Positions 47,766 through 57,465 of a DNA stretch of 64,000 nt are shown piece after piece. Source of the DNA: Candidatus Harrisonbacteria bacterium (lineage in GTDB: Bacteria > Patescibacteriota > Minisyncoccia > UBA6257 > 02-FULL-45-10c); assembly GCA_016214655.1 (NCBI GenBank), contig JACROC010000005.1, forward strand, positions 67,078-131,077, in the 5' to 3' direction. The notes under the pieces were generated by a model that had not been told where the DNA came from, ran no database searches, and saw nothing but the letters and a program-made list of their open reading frames with translations. Every line of letters begins with the position of its first letter. Position 1 is the stretch's first letter. Both the position numbers and the translations under genes were made by a program.

Positions 47766-48003
47766 ATTACACAAACAATGTAACTAATAACAAACTAACG
47801 ACCTTTTCACGCTTCGCTACACTTAATTATAATTATTTTTGTGTAAGAAGGGGCAATATAAACTTGCTTGACAATTATAGCATAAAGGGACTTGTAAAGT
47901 CAATGACGCAAAAACCCCACTGAATTAACCGGCTCTCCTTGTCAAAATTTGATAAATATGGCATAATATAACGAGTTTCATTTCTAACTTCACAGGAGGA
48001 AAC

Positions 48004-49809
48004 GTGAAAAATTTCGTCTGGAAAGTTCTGGAAATCTACAAGCCCTTCAGAAGGATTGCTTTAGTGATGCTTTTATTCCTGACTGTGATGCAATCGCTGT
48101 CCATTATTTCGCCGTTTTTGCTCGGAAAAATCGTAGACAGCGTGGTCTCCAAAAAACCGCTGGAATTCATCTTATCGCTGGCAGGAATTTCTTTGGGAAT
48201 ATTCTTGCTGCGCGACGTCCTGCTCAATTATTACAAAGAAAAATTCGAACTGGACTGGGTTGATTACGATATCCCCCGCTACGTGGCTAATAAGACTCTG
48301 AAAAAAGTTTTCAGCTTGTCCATCGGCCAGCATAACAATCAGCATTCGGGCATCAAGCAAAGCATCATCAACCGCGGGGAACACTCGCTGCAGACGCTCG
48401 CTTTTATGACGCTCTACGAAGTCATGCCGCTGATCCTCAAAATCGGCGTCATGGGAACTTTCATCCTGGTCAGGAATCCGCTGATCGGCGGAGTTCTGAT
48501 TACTGCCGGCTTAATCTTTGGCGGCATCAGCATCTATATCAATTCGCTGCTTCAAGACGAATTGGAAAATCATCAGGAAATCGGACACCGGAATTATAAA
48601 AGACACTCGGAACTGCTCCGGAACGTGGAACTGATTCTGGTCAGCGCTCAGGAAAAAAAGGGGCAAGATGAGTACGATCAAGCGCTCGCCCGCTACTCCG
48701 ATGCCGGCAAACATCTCTGGAAAAGATATATCCGGCTTACAGGGTTAAGGAATGTTGCAATCGGAGTTGCCAAATTCGCAATCGTAGCTGTCGGCGTTAT
48801 GCAGGTTTACCAAAACCAATACACGCCAGGCGATCTGGTGCTTTATCTTTCGCTGTCCAGCGATCTCATGGGAAATCTCTGGAGCATCGGCCCGATTCAC
48901 CGGCAAGTCCTGGATCTTTATACCGCAGTCAATAAGTATTTCACTCTGCTGGATATTGAACCGGAAGTTAAGACAGATGCTAACCCGGTCAAACCGGATA
49001 ATCTCCGCGGCCGGATTGAGTTTAAAGATGTATCCTTCACCTATCCGGTCAGAAAATATATCGTCAGCGACGAAGAGGAAAAATCCGGAGAGGACCCGAA
49101 GCCGCGGGATAAAAACCACGGAGCGCTTTTCAATGTCAGTTTCACTATTGAAGCCGGGCAAAAAATAGCGCTGGTCGGCCATTCCGGTGCCGGCAAATCA
49201 ACTATCGCCTATCTTATATTAAGAGCTCATGATCCGGACCAAGGGCAGATTATCGTGGATGAAAACGATCTCCGCCAACTGGATCTTCACGAATACCGCC
49301 GGCGGATCGGCGTAGTGGAACAGCAAGTCGGATTATTTGACGCCACTTTGCGCTATAATATCTTGTTCGGACTGCAAAACGGCCAGCAAGTCACCGATGA
49401 AGAACTCCGGGAGATCGCCAGGATTTCCTGCATTGACCGTTTCTTCTACCGGCTAGAAAAAGGTTTTGACACGTTTATCGGAGAAAGAGGCGTACGGCTT
49501 TCCGGCGGAGAACGCCAGCGAGTCGGCATTGCCCGCGCATTAATCAAGAAACCGAAAATGCTGATCCTGGATGAAGCGACTTCCAGTCTGGATTCGGAAA
49601 ACGAATCACTGATCCGGGAAGCTATCGGAAAGGCATCGCAGGGAAAAACTACCATCATCATCGCCCACCGCCTTTCCACCATCAGGGACGCCGATAAAAT
49701 TCTGGTTCTGGATAAAGGCAGTCTGGTTGGGCAAGGTAAACATCAAGAACTGCTGGAGTCCTGCGAGACTTACCGGAATCTCATCACTCATCAGATAGTA
49801 AAACCCTAA
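48004..49809 (+). CDS. ABC exporter, fused permease/ATPase (MsbA-like)
   Basis: TM domain, GHSGAGKST, LSGGERQR, LDEATSSLD, AHRLST. Confidence 0.93.
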   Translation: MKNFVWKVLEIYKPFRRIALVMLLFLTVMQSLSIISPFLLGKIVDSVVSKKPLEFILSLAGISLGIFLLRDVLLNYYKEKFELDWVDYDIPRYVANKTLKKVFSLSIGQHNNQHSGIKQSIINRGEHSLQTLAFMTLYEVMPLILKIGVMGTFILVRNPLIGGVLITAGLIFGGISIYINSLLQDELENHQEIGHRNYKRHSELLRNVELILVSAQEKKGQDEYDQALARYSDAGKHLWKRYIRLTGLRNVAIGVAKFAIVAVGVMQVYQNQYTPGDLVLYLSLSSDLMGNLWSIGPIHRQVLDLYTAVNKYFTLLDIEPEVKTDANPVKPDNLRGRIEFKDVSFTYPVRKYIVSDEEEKSGEDPKPRDKNHGALFNVSFTIEAGQKIALVGHSGAGKSTIAYLILRAHDPDQGQIIVDENDLRQLDLHEYRRRIGVVEQQVGLFDATLRYNILFGLQNGQQVTDEELREIARISCIDRFFYRLEKGFDTFIGERGVRLSGGERQRVGIARALIKKPKMLILDEATSSLDSENESLIREAIGKASQGKTTIIIAHRLSTIRDADKILVLDKGSLVGQGKHQELLESCETYRNLITHQIVKP

Positions 49810-49850
49810 GAATTTATCAAGGAGCCAAACGGCTCCTTTTTTGTCATAAC

Positions 49851-49882
49851 AAAAACTCCCCGGTGGCCACCGGGGAGTTTTT
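49851..49882. terminator. Strong bidirectional terminator
   Basis: AAAAACTCCCCGGTGG-CCACCGGGGAGTTTTT perfect palindrome. Confidence 0.8.
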
Positions 49883-49888
49883 CTCACA

Positions 49889-49930
49889 CTAACGAGACTT
49901 TCTTTTTTTTACAGCTTTTCTCTTTGCCAT
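49889..49930 (-). CDS. 13-aa highly basic micropeptide MAKRKAVKKRKSR (not in ORF track)
   Basis: Only ORF between a long leader and a strong terminator. Confidence 0.45.
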   Translation of the reverse strand: MAKRKAVKKRKSR

Positions 49931-50115
49931 TTTGTTATCTTCAGCTTTTAGCGTTTAGCTGTTAGCTTTTAGATTTTTATTTTGGTTTATAAATTTGACT
50001 GCTGCCGGAAATTTTTTGCGCGGAAAATTTTCGGCGAGCTGAACGATTTATTTTTCGTCCATTAAATATAACGAGAATTGAAAATTTTGTTACAAAAAAC
50101 TGTGCAAAGCGCAGT

Positions 50116-50451
50116 TTATAAACCTAAAAAATCCAGCAGAGCCATGAACCAGTTCTTCCTCTCTGCCGCCTCCTCCTCCTCTTTCTTTAGAACTTCAAGA
50201 AGCACTGTGTTATTTGGCATACGGTCTTCTGCCGGAAGATATCCGCTACGGAAACGCATTTTTCGCAATTGCGGCATCATATAATAAGCTGTAATACATT
50301 GACCACTGCCACTTGAGTAGCAAAAAAGAATATCACCTTTTAAATCCACGGCTATAATCTCGCCAGATCGAAAAGGCCGCTTACAGCTTTCACAGAAATT
50401 CCGCTCACCGCGATACACCGGCAATCTAAGATACTGCTTTTCGCTAATCAT
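50116..50451 (-). CDS. Hypothetical protein with CxxC
   Basis: 111 aa; downstream of 50454-50903. Confidence 0.5.
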   Translation of the reverse strand: MISEKQYLRLPVYRGERNFCESCKRPFRSGEIIAVDLKGDILFCYSSGSGQCITAYYMMPQLRKMRFRSGYLPAEDRMPNNTVLLEVLKKEEEEAAERKNWFMALLDFLGL

Positions 50452-50453
50452 AG

Positions 50454-50903
50454 TTAATCTCCACCCGATGACAAGTATCTTATTTTAATCCCCAGCCTCA
50501 ATGCCTGTTCATGCTCCCACTTTGCGCCATAAGAACTCTGCCAATCCGACATGAAGTACAAGATTTTTACCAGACCAGACTCAAAGATAGGCAAATAAAA
50601 TTTGTGAAGCAACTGATCCCCGCCTTGATAATACGGCGTGGCCTTAATCCGGAACATCGGCTGTTCAAACAGCATTTGATTGAAAATACTTTCTCCCCTA
50701 TCCCGGAGCAAATCAATCGTCTTTTGAAACCGCTCCAAATTCTTTTCAACCGAACCAAGCCCCCCGGAAGTAATCGGCCCACAAACTTGCGCGACTGGTT
50801 GAGGCATTCGCCTAATAATCCGCAAAGCCAAATCCGCTAGTTCCTCAAAAGTATTCACAGCCTGAACATCGGCAATATCCTGATTGAGCCAGTATGGCTC
50901 CAC
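50454..50903 (-). CDS. DUF4406-like (nucleoside deoxyribosyltransferase fold) protein
   Basis: GPITSG, FN, W..SYGA.WE...A..LG. Confidence 0.6.
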   Translation of the reverse strand: MEPYWLNQDIADVQAVNTFEELADLALRIIRRMPQPVAQVCGPITSGGLGSVEKNLERFQKTIDLLRDRGESIFNQMLFEQPMFRIKATPYYQGGDQLLHKFYLPIFESGLVKILYFMSDWQSSYGAKWEHEQALRLGIKIRYLSSGGD

Positions 50904-50959
50904 CTGACCCCCGCATTATTCTCTACTCAAGAAACTGAAAGGAGCTTAACATGAGTATT

Positions 50960-51526
50960 TTAAAATTTAAAGGGCGACCACGCACCCCGCCGGAGCAATA
51001 TAGGACGGCCGTTTTTAATTTCAATTAAAGTTGAAGGCGGAGACTCTAATTTTCCCGCATCAACATAAAAATCCGCTTTATTGCCGAAATATTTTTTAGC
51101 CTCTATAATAGTTTTTGCCGAGGGATAACCCTCCCAATTAGCGCTTGGCGCCACCAGCGAACCAGTTTTCTTTAAAAGTCGGATTAAATCTTTTTTCTTC
51201 GGCAAACGGAAAGCTAAAGTTTTAGTACCGCGATGCAGGTATTTAAATTTTTTATCTGCACATGGCAAAATAACGCTCACTTTTCCCGGCCATAACTTTT
51301 CAAGCAGTTTCTTTGTTTCTCTGTTTAATCTAATGTTAAAAAGTTTTAGGTCTCTTAAAGAGCTAATCAAAATAATCAGCGGCTTTTGGGGATTCCTTTT
51401 CCGCAATTTATAAATTCTGACCACGGCTTTTTTGGACATTGCCAAACCGACTACTCCATAAATAGTATCAGTCGGCAGAACTCCAACTCCTCCACTTGAT
51501 AAAATTTTTCCGATATCCTGTTTCAT
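50960..51526 (-). CDS. tsaC: L-threonylcarbamoyladenylate synthase (YrdC/Sua5)
   Basis: PTDTIYG, KPLI, WPG, APSAN, PST. Confidence 0.92.
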   Translation of the reverse strand: MKQDIGKILSSGGVGVLPTDTIYGVVGLAMSKKAVVRIYKLRKRNPQKPLIILISSLRDLKLFNIRLNRETKKLLEKLWPGKVSVILPCADKKFKYLHRGTKTLAFRLPKKKDLIRLLKKTGSLVAPSANWEGYPSAKTIIEAKKYFGNKADFYVDAGKLESPPSTLIEIKNGRPILLRRGAWSPFKF

Positions 51527-51573
51527 TAAATTAATTTTAATATAAAAACAAAAAATCCTGAAAAATTCAGGAT

Positions 51574-51993
51574 TTAATTTGGGTTATTTTTAATTTCCGG
51601 ATCTATAGAAAACATGATGCGATTGCCTTTGGATTTTTCTAATTCCTGCCTTTCCTCTTCAGTAGCAAAAAGATAAAATTGCGTATTTTCTCCTTCCGGA
51701 AATACTCCTTTTCCGTTTTGATCAACTGGTTTGACAGTAAATTTTACGTATCCTTTTTCTACCATTTCCATTTCAATGCGCATGCAATGAAATGGAATTT
51801 GTTTTGCAACGCATTTCCTGTTCAGTTTATCCATATTTGCCGCGAAAAGCCCCAGTAACGTCAATAATTGGCTCGCATTAATTTCCTGATTGCGTTTTTG
51901 CGCGACTTCCGCAATATCTTGAATAAAGGTATTAACAAAATCATTTGTAACCACAGAAAGCTCGTATCCCCTGAAAACATCTATAAACTTCAT
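51574..51993 (-). CDS. Hypothetical protein
   Basis: 139 aa, SD AAAAGGAG, terminator-like hairpin downstream. Confidence 0.55.
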   Translation of the reverse strand: MKFIDVFRGYELSVVTNDFVNTFIQDIAEVAQKRNQEINASQLLTLLGLFAANMDKLNRKCVAKQIPFHCMRIEMEMVEKGYVKFTVKPVDQNGKGVFPEGENTQFYLFATEEERQELEKSKGNRIMFSIDPEIKNNPN

Positions 51994-52072
51994 CTATTCT
52001 CCTTTTTAAATGTCCTATTGTCACTATATACAATTTCGTTCCAAAACAAAATACCGGCGCTTGACCGGTATT

Positions 52073-52405
52073 TTATCTGTTATCTCCGTCCCCCTGAAGC
52101 TTGCCGCGTGCCTGACGGGATCTTAACTTCTCAATATTAGCCTCCGCCACTTCATTTAAACTTAATCCAAGTTCCGCCGAAAGCTGAGAAACATACCAAA
52201 GCGCATCGCCAATTTCTTTAGCCATTTCTTTCTTAGTTTCTGCATTAATTACTCCTTTTTTGTCCCTGATAACTTTCTTCATTTTATCCGTCACCTCACC
52301 TGCCTCGCTCGCTAATCCCAAAGTCGTATAAATTAAATTCAAACCATCTTCAGTGGGATAAATCGCAGTGCTCTTAGTAAATTCTTGATATTCTTCAAAT
52401 GTCAT
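52073..52405 (-). CDS. MazG-like nucleoside triphosphate pyrophosphohydrolase
   Basis: LGL..EAGEV, EIGD.LWY, N..KL.SR..RG..G.GDNR. Confidence 0.92.
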   Translation of the reverse strand: MTFEEYQEFTKSTAIYPTEDGLNLIYTTLGLASEAGEVTDKMKKVIRDKKGVINAETKKEMAKEIGDALWYVSQLSAELGLSLNEVAEANIEKLRSRQARGKLQGDGDNR

Positions 52406-52479
52406 AAATTAACTTTAACATAAAAATTTCCGAAAAAGAAAAGCTCCTTTTAACTTGCGCCAAAAGGAGCTTCAAAATT

Positions 52480-53259
52480 TTATCCGGGCTTCACGCCAAA
52501 CCGATACTTATCTAAAAATGATTTACCCGACTCCTCTAAATTACAAACGTAATTCAATAAACCGCCAAAAATCATTGAGCCCGTCATGCCAATTATCCAA
52601 CAAAAAGGAAAAAGTAACACAAGCAAACAGAACCTCCAATCTTCAAAAAATAAACCTAGGCCAATCGAAAAAATGATTTGAAAAACGACCCCATAGAAGG
52701 ATTTACGCCAGTCAGCCGATGATTGAATCTTCTTGCTCTTTTCTACTAATTCCTTAATTTTTTCAAAAGGCATCAAACTCTCGGCCCAGCGTGCGATAAG
52801 ATACGGAGTATTCTTGAAATATCCGATAAGAATCGGGTCCTGCATTTCCGGAGATTCCGGCGTCCGTATCTCATAAACTTCAAATAAGCCGAGATTCTTC
52901 GCTAATTTCCATTCAGCTAAAACTTCTTCCGGAATCTGATCAAATCTATAATCTTTAAAATCACTTTCGCTATACAACCTCGGCAACCAAGTTCCCCAAA
53001 TTTTCATATTCTCCGTTGAAATTTCCGGATAAAAAGCACCTCGCCGTATTATACTGCCCCTCAAACATTCCAACTTTAATGATAGAATTTGTTCCTCTAC
53101 CAGCTTAACCTGAGCCAGCAACCCAAGCTCTAAATATTGATTTTTAAGGGCCTCAAGCTTGATTATCGCATCTCCATGACTGCTTTCTGCTTTCGTTCTT
53201 TCAGTCTCCATCACTTCCCGCGATGGAAGTTCTGCCACACGATACGTCTCTATTTTCAC
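52480..53259 (-). CDS. Hypothetical protein with C-terminal TM segments
   Basis: GTG start after AAAGGAGG; DPILIG..YLIARW motif. Confidence 0.6.
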   Translation of the reverse strand: MKIETYRVAELPSREVMETERTKAESSHGDAIIKLEALKNQYLELGLLAQVKLVEEQILSLKLECLRGSIIRRGAFYPEISTENMKIWGTWLPRLYSESDFKDYRFDQIPEEVLAEWKLAKNLGLFEVYEIRTPESPEMQDPILIGYFKNTPYLIARWAESLMPFEKIKELVEKSKKIQSSADWRKSFYGVVFQIIFSIGLGLFFEDWRFCLLVLLFPFCWIIGMTGSMIFGGLLNYVCNLEESGKSFLDKYRFGVKPG

Positions 53260-53385
53260 AAATGCCTCCTTTCTACGGTCCTATTTGTACTGCTAAGCTA
53301 TCAAGTAAATGCTTCTGATATATTAACACAAAAAATTAGCTTGTGTCAATCGATACGCAATGAACCTTTTTATATCTTATTAAAT

Positions 53386-53489
53386 TAAAAGACTGTGCTG
53401 TTTTCGGATATTCGGGCTGGCGGTGGGATCAATTTACCCTGAAAGGGTTTAAATATATAGGCGATATCCAAAAATAGCACAGTCTTTTA
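53386..53489. repeat. Long inverted repeat (26-bp arms), MITE-like
   Basis: TAAAAGACTGTGCTGTTTTCGGATAT ... ATATCCAAAAATAGCACAGTCTTTTA. Confidence 0.65.
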
Positions 53490-53494
53490 GCCGA

Positions 53495-55240
53495 TTATTG
53501 TGATTCGATAGTATAAATATTCAGCGGTTCTTTGCGGCCTTTTACAGCTACTGACCCTAAGAATTTAAAGTTATACTTGCCTTTAATTTTATTTTTAGTG
53601 GTCTCGCCGATGATAATTTGGGTTTTATATTCCTTATTCAATCCTTCCAGGCGCGACGCCACATTAACCGTGTCCCCCATCACCGTATAATCAAACCGCA
53701 GATCCGAACCGACATTTCCGACAATCGCCGGACCAGTATAAAGACCGATGCCGATATTAATTTCCGGATCGCCGATGGCTTTCAGTTCTTTATTTAATTC
53801 CTTCAGCTTATCCAGCATTTTCAGCGAAGCCACCAAGGCATTTTCCGCCTGATCCGGATCATCAATCGGCGCGCCCCAAAAAGCCATAATCGCATCGCCA
53901 ATATACTTATCTAATACCCCACCATTATCTAAAACTTCTTTAGTCATGGCGGTAAAATATTTATTTAAAATCCTAACCAATTCTTTTGGCGTAGTTTTTT
54001 CCGAAATAGTCGTAAAACCGCGGATATCAGAGAAAAATACCGTCACCTCTTTTTCTTCGCCGCCAAGCTTAACTTTAGCGGGGTCGCTCAAAATTTCATT
54101 TAAAACATCTTTGGAAACATATTTAGAAAAAAGGTTCTTAATCTCCCGCTTTTCTTTCTCCACGACAAAATACCTGTATCCGAAAACCCACAGAGTGGAA
54201 AGCACCCAGGAAAAATTAACATGCAGCAAATTAACCGCTATGCCTTTATCAAAAAGCAAAATTATCAGAATTAAATAAATAAATCCGAATATGACGTTTA
54301 CCGCGACTGCCGCCAAAGAACTCCGCGCAACCATCATAAAAACCAAAGCCGGCAACAAAGCGGAAAAGAAAATCCAGATAAACGATGACGCCGCGTCCAA
54401 AGAACTTAATCGATACCCACTAAGCAGCATATTAATAATACTTGCCTGTATCCCGACTCCAGACATCGCCCTGCCCCTTGAAAATGAAGTCAGCTGTTCA
54501 TCGTGAAGATCAGCCGCAGTCGCTCCAATAAGTACAATTTTTCCCTTCAATTTAGATAAGAAGTCTTCATCTTCCAATATGCGCCAAAAACTCATATATC
54601 CTATCTGTGCCGGCGGCAAAGCATAAACGATTTTATTTATACCCGACAAAGAGGATTCATCAAGAACTTCCTTGCCGGATTTTTTAACTAACTCATAGGC
54701 AAAAGCTTTCACGCCATCAACGGCCAGCGGAAACCGCCGGACAACATTATCTCTGTCTGAAATTAAATTCACGCTTCCTAAACTGACATTTTTAGAATTT
54801 TCAAAAATCGGCAGAGGTTTTGATAAGTTTCCGGCTCTGGCTTGGCCATTTTCCAAAATCAACGGCTGGGCTTCTGCCGGCATTACCACGGGATAAGAAA
54901 TTTCATTTAAGGCATCGGCCAGGGCCCGGTCATCCTGAATTCCCAAACGAGATGGTTCGGAAAAGATTACGTCCAGCCCAACTGCAGCCGGCGGATTCTG
55001 ATTAAACTTTAAAAGCGCGTCGGCAAAAACCTTTCTCGGCCACGGCCACTGTCCGATATTCCGGATGGATTCATCTTCAATCCCCAAAATTACAATCTCG
55101 TTATGGTTAAAATATTTTTCTGAAAATAAAAGGTCTTCAAAAAAGTTTTCCAGGCCGACGAAAAACCCGGCGGAAAAAGAAGCGGAAACTATAATTCCCG
55201 CCGCCAAAGCAATAAATAAGTAAGGTAGTTTTCTAGCCAT
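53495..55240 (-). CDS. CHASE2-domain class III adenylate cyclase
   Basis: GQWPWPR CHASE2 motif, 3 TMs, FSDIRGFT, DKYIGDA (Lys), DYTVMGDTVNVASRLE. Confidence 0.93.
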   Translation of the reverse strand: MARKLPYLFIALAAGIIVSASFSAGFFVGLENFFEDLLFSEKYFNHNEIVILGIEDESIRNIGQWPWPRKVFADALLKFNQNPPAAVGLDVIFSEPSRLGIQDDRALADALNEISYPVVMPAEAQPLILENGQARAGNLSKPLPIFENSKNVSLGSVNLISDRDNVVRRFPLAVDGVKAFAYELVKKSGKEVLDESSLSGINKIVYALPPAQIGYMSFWRILEDEDFLSKLKGKIVLIGATAADLHDEQLTSFSRGRAMSGVGIQASIINMLLSGYRLSSLDAASSFIWIFFSALLPALVFMMVARSSLAAVAVNVIFGFIYLILIILLFDKGIAVNLLHVNFSWVLSTLWVFGYRYFVVEKEKREIKNLFSKYVSKDVLNEILSDPAKVKLGGEEKEVTVFFSDIRGFTTISEKTTPKELVRILNKYFTAMTKEVLDNGGVLDKYIGDAIMAFWGAPIDDPDQAENALVASLKMLDKLKELNKELKAIGDPEINIGIGLYTGPAIVGNVGSDLRFDYTVMGDTVNVASRLEGLNKEYKTQIIIGETTKNKIKGKYNFKFLGSVAVKGRKEPLNIYTIESQ

Positions 55241-55255
55241 GTTTAAATTACGGCT

Positions 55256-56704
55256 CTATCCCCGGGTAGAATCAAAGTTCAGATCAACTTTCAATTCCAC
55301 TTTAAATAAAGGGCTTTTACCGAGAAAAGCTTCGCCGGTTTTTTCATTTTTCCAGGTCACCGCTACTAATCCCTGGGCTTCGCCCAGTTCGGAAACTTCC
55401 GGGCTGAGGCCGGCGGAAAACATTCCGGGTTTTGCCATTCTTCCGATCGGCCCGATAACCTGCCAGGAAACCGCGTCAGTAACATCGCGGGACGAGCCGT
55501 CGCTCATTCTTAAAAGAGCCTGAAAGAAAATGTCGTCTCCTTCAAAAACCTGGCTTAAATTATTTTTAGCCACTACTTCCAATCCTTTCGGGATAATCTG
55601 AACAGCCAGTTTTATTGCCGGTAAAATTTCTTCGGTAGCATCTTTTACCTCTACAGATCTGGTAACCGTCTGCACTTCTTCCTTTAAAGATTCTAACCGC
55701 GTTTTCGCTTCTTCAGTCTTTAATTCCAAATTTTCGCGCTGATCTTTCACTTCATCCTTAATCGCTTCTTTAATCTGTTCCCGCTTTTCCTGAAATTCTT
55801 TCCGCCTGTCTTCAATGGCATCTTTAAACTCTTCCTGAAGTTCTTTTCTCATTTCTTTCATTGCCTCTTTTTCATCCTTCATCCTTTCTTTCAGCTCCCG
55901 AATCTTCTGATTTAATTTATCGTCTTCTTGAATTGCCCGCTTAACCCAGTCCTTTTTTAAAACTTCCTCCGAAACCTCTTTGACTTCCATTAAAGCTTTC
56001 CCGGCCTCCGTTGCAACGGCAGAAGCGTTGGATTTTATCTGGCCCAATGCCAAATGCGTTTTCATGTCCTGAATTGCTTCTTTTTTGACTTCTAAAAACT
56101 TTTTCGCGTCTACAACCATGCTGACTTCTTGCATGACCTCTTTAGTATCCGGATCAACCATTTTAACCTCCACTTTATTTTCGTGGCCGACAAAGCTGGC
56201 TTTTCCTTCTTCAATGTATTCCACTCCGAATGCGGTACCTCGGACCGTAGCTACGGCAGTGCTGGTTTTAACTTCCCAAGCCGATTCCGGCGTAGCCAAA
56301 GTAATAATTTTTGACCAAACCCGTCCCCATAAAAGATTAATCCTGACCACCAGCGAATCTTTTTGCGCATCATACGATCCCCTTTCTAAAATAATCCGCG
56401 TGTCCGAATCCAGTCTGGCAACCGAACCGTCCGAAAAATGAATATTAGCCAAGCCGCCTTTCTGCACTTTTATAACTGTGCCTTCCAGCAGCTCATCGCC
56501 AGTTTTTAATTCCCTGATTTCGGTTTTCTGATCCGGCGCCAGCTCCACAACTCTCGGCGAAACAACTTCCAGCCACGGCCGCAAAATTTCCAAAACGGCT
56601 TCTTGTTCCGGCGCCATAAATCCAGGAAACTGCTTAACAATCAAAAAACCGCCCCCTACCAGCACGGCTACGCCTAGCAAAGCTAAAACCACGCTTAATT
56701 TCAT
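55256..56704 (-). CDS. Membrane-anchored FecR-domain protein with coiled coil and Ig-like C-domain
   Basis: F.DGS..RL...T, L..G.VW, V.T.TAVA.VRGT.F.V. Confidence 0.85.
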   Translation of the reverse strand: MKLSVVLALLGVAVLVGGGFLIVKQFPGFMAPEQEAVLEILRPWLEVVSPRVVELAPDQKTEIRELKTGDELLEGTVIKVQKGGLANIHFSDGSVARLDSDTRIILERGSYDAQKDSLVVRINLLWGRVWSKIITLATPESAWEVKTSTAVATVRGTAFGVEYIEEGKASFVGHENKVEVKMVDPDTKEVMQEVSMVVDAKKFLEVKKEAIQDMKTHLALGQIKSNASAVATEAGKALMEVKEVSEEVLKKDWVKRAIQEDDKLNQKIRELKERMKDEKEAMKEMRKELQEEFKDAIEDRRKEFQEKREQIKEAIKDEVKDQRENLELKTEEAKTRLESLKEEVQTVTRSVEVKDATEEILPAIKLAVQIIPKGLEVVAKNNLSQVFEGDDIFFQALLRMSDGSSRDVTDAVSWQVIGPIGRMAKPGMFSAGLSPEVSELGEAQGLVAVTWKNEKTGEAFLGKSPLFKVELKVDLNFDSTRG

Positions 56705-56779
56705 AACTTCTCTATATTAATTAAAAAAATAGGTTTTTACAAGAAAATATTGAATATATATACAAACCACCTTTTGATA

Positions 56780-56808
56780 TTGACAAAATTATTTAAATAT
56801 CTTAGTAT
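56780..56808 (+). promoter_or_regulatory. sigma70 promoter of the attenuated operon
   Basis: TTGACA-17bp-TAGTAT. Confidence 0.75.
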
Positions 56809-56816
56809 ATAAACAT

Positions 56817-56924
56817 ATGTTATTATCAAATAACTGCCAATGGAATAAGCACATCGGATCTGACCGCAAAACCTATGCGGCAGAGTTCGGTTTGTTTAAC
56901 CAAGGCGGTTTTTATACTCAATAA
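56817..56924 (+). CDS. 35-aa putative leader peptide (not in ORF track)
   Basis: MLLSNNCQWNKHIGSDRKTYAAEFGLFNQGGFYTQ starts at the predicted TSS. Confidence 0.5.
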   Translation: MLLSNNCQWNKHIGSDRKTYAAEFGLFNQGGFYTQ

Positions 56925-56946
56925 CTTCAGCATCTAACTGAATGTA

Positions 56947-56993
56947 AAGAACGCCTCGGCTAGACAGACCGGGGCGTTTTTCGGTCTGTCTAG
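56947..56993 (+). terminator. Attenuator: terminator with overlapping alternative hairpin
   Basis: AAGAACGCCTCGG/CCGGGGCGTTTTT versus CTAGACAGACCG/CGGTCTGTCTAG. Confidence 0.65.
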
Positions 56994-57022
56994 AAGAAGT
57001 ACCTTGAAAAAGGAGGAGGGGA

Positions 57023-57445
57023 ATGAAAGTGCTGTGTATCAGACATGGTGAAGCTTGTGATAGCTTATCTGAAAAAGGCAAAATTCAAATTAAGCAAGCG
57101 GCGGATATCCTAAAGAAACATAACATCGCTAATAATGCTATGGTTTTCACTTCCCCGCTGAAGAGGGCGGTAGAATCAGCAAAAATCATTACTGATAACT
57201 GTGGCTTTAAAAAGGCCGAAGTCGTTCAGTGGTTGAATTTTGAGGAATCGTCCCCCGATTACGCCTTAAATCAAATTAAGAATTTAATGCGTATCCATGA
57301 AAAGAAATTTTCAACGATGATCGTGATAAGCCACGCTCCTCTATTGGAAGGACTGATAGAAATTTTTGGCAATCGTTCCAGAATCGGAAACGGCGAAATT
57401 TTTGAAATTGACATCAAAACCCGGACTTGTAGGCGGCTGGTCTAA
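57023..57445 (+). CDS. Histidine phosphatase (SixA-like)
   Basis: IRHGEA, SPLKRA.ESA, ISHAP. Confidence 0.85.
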   Translation: MKVLCIRHGEACDSLSEKGKIQIKQAADILKKHNIANNAMVFTSPLKRAVESAKIITDNCGFKKAEVVQWLNFEESSPDYALNQIKNLMRIHEKKFSTMIVISHAPLLEGLIEIFGNRSRIGNGEIFEIDIKTRTCRRLV

Positions 57446-57465
57446 ATAAAAGGGGAACTAAAGTA

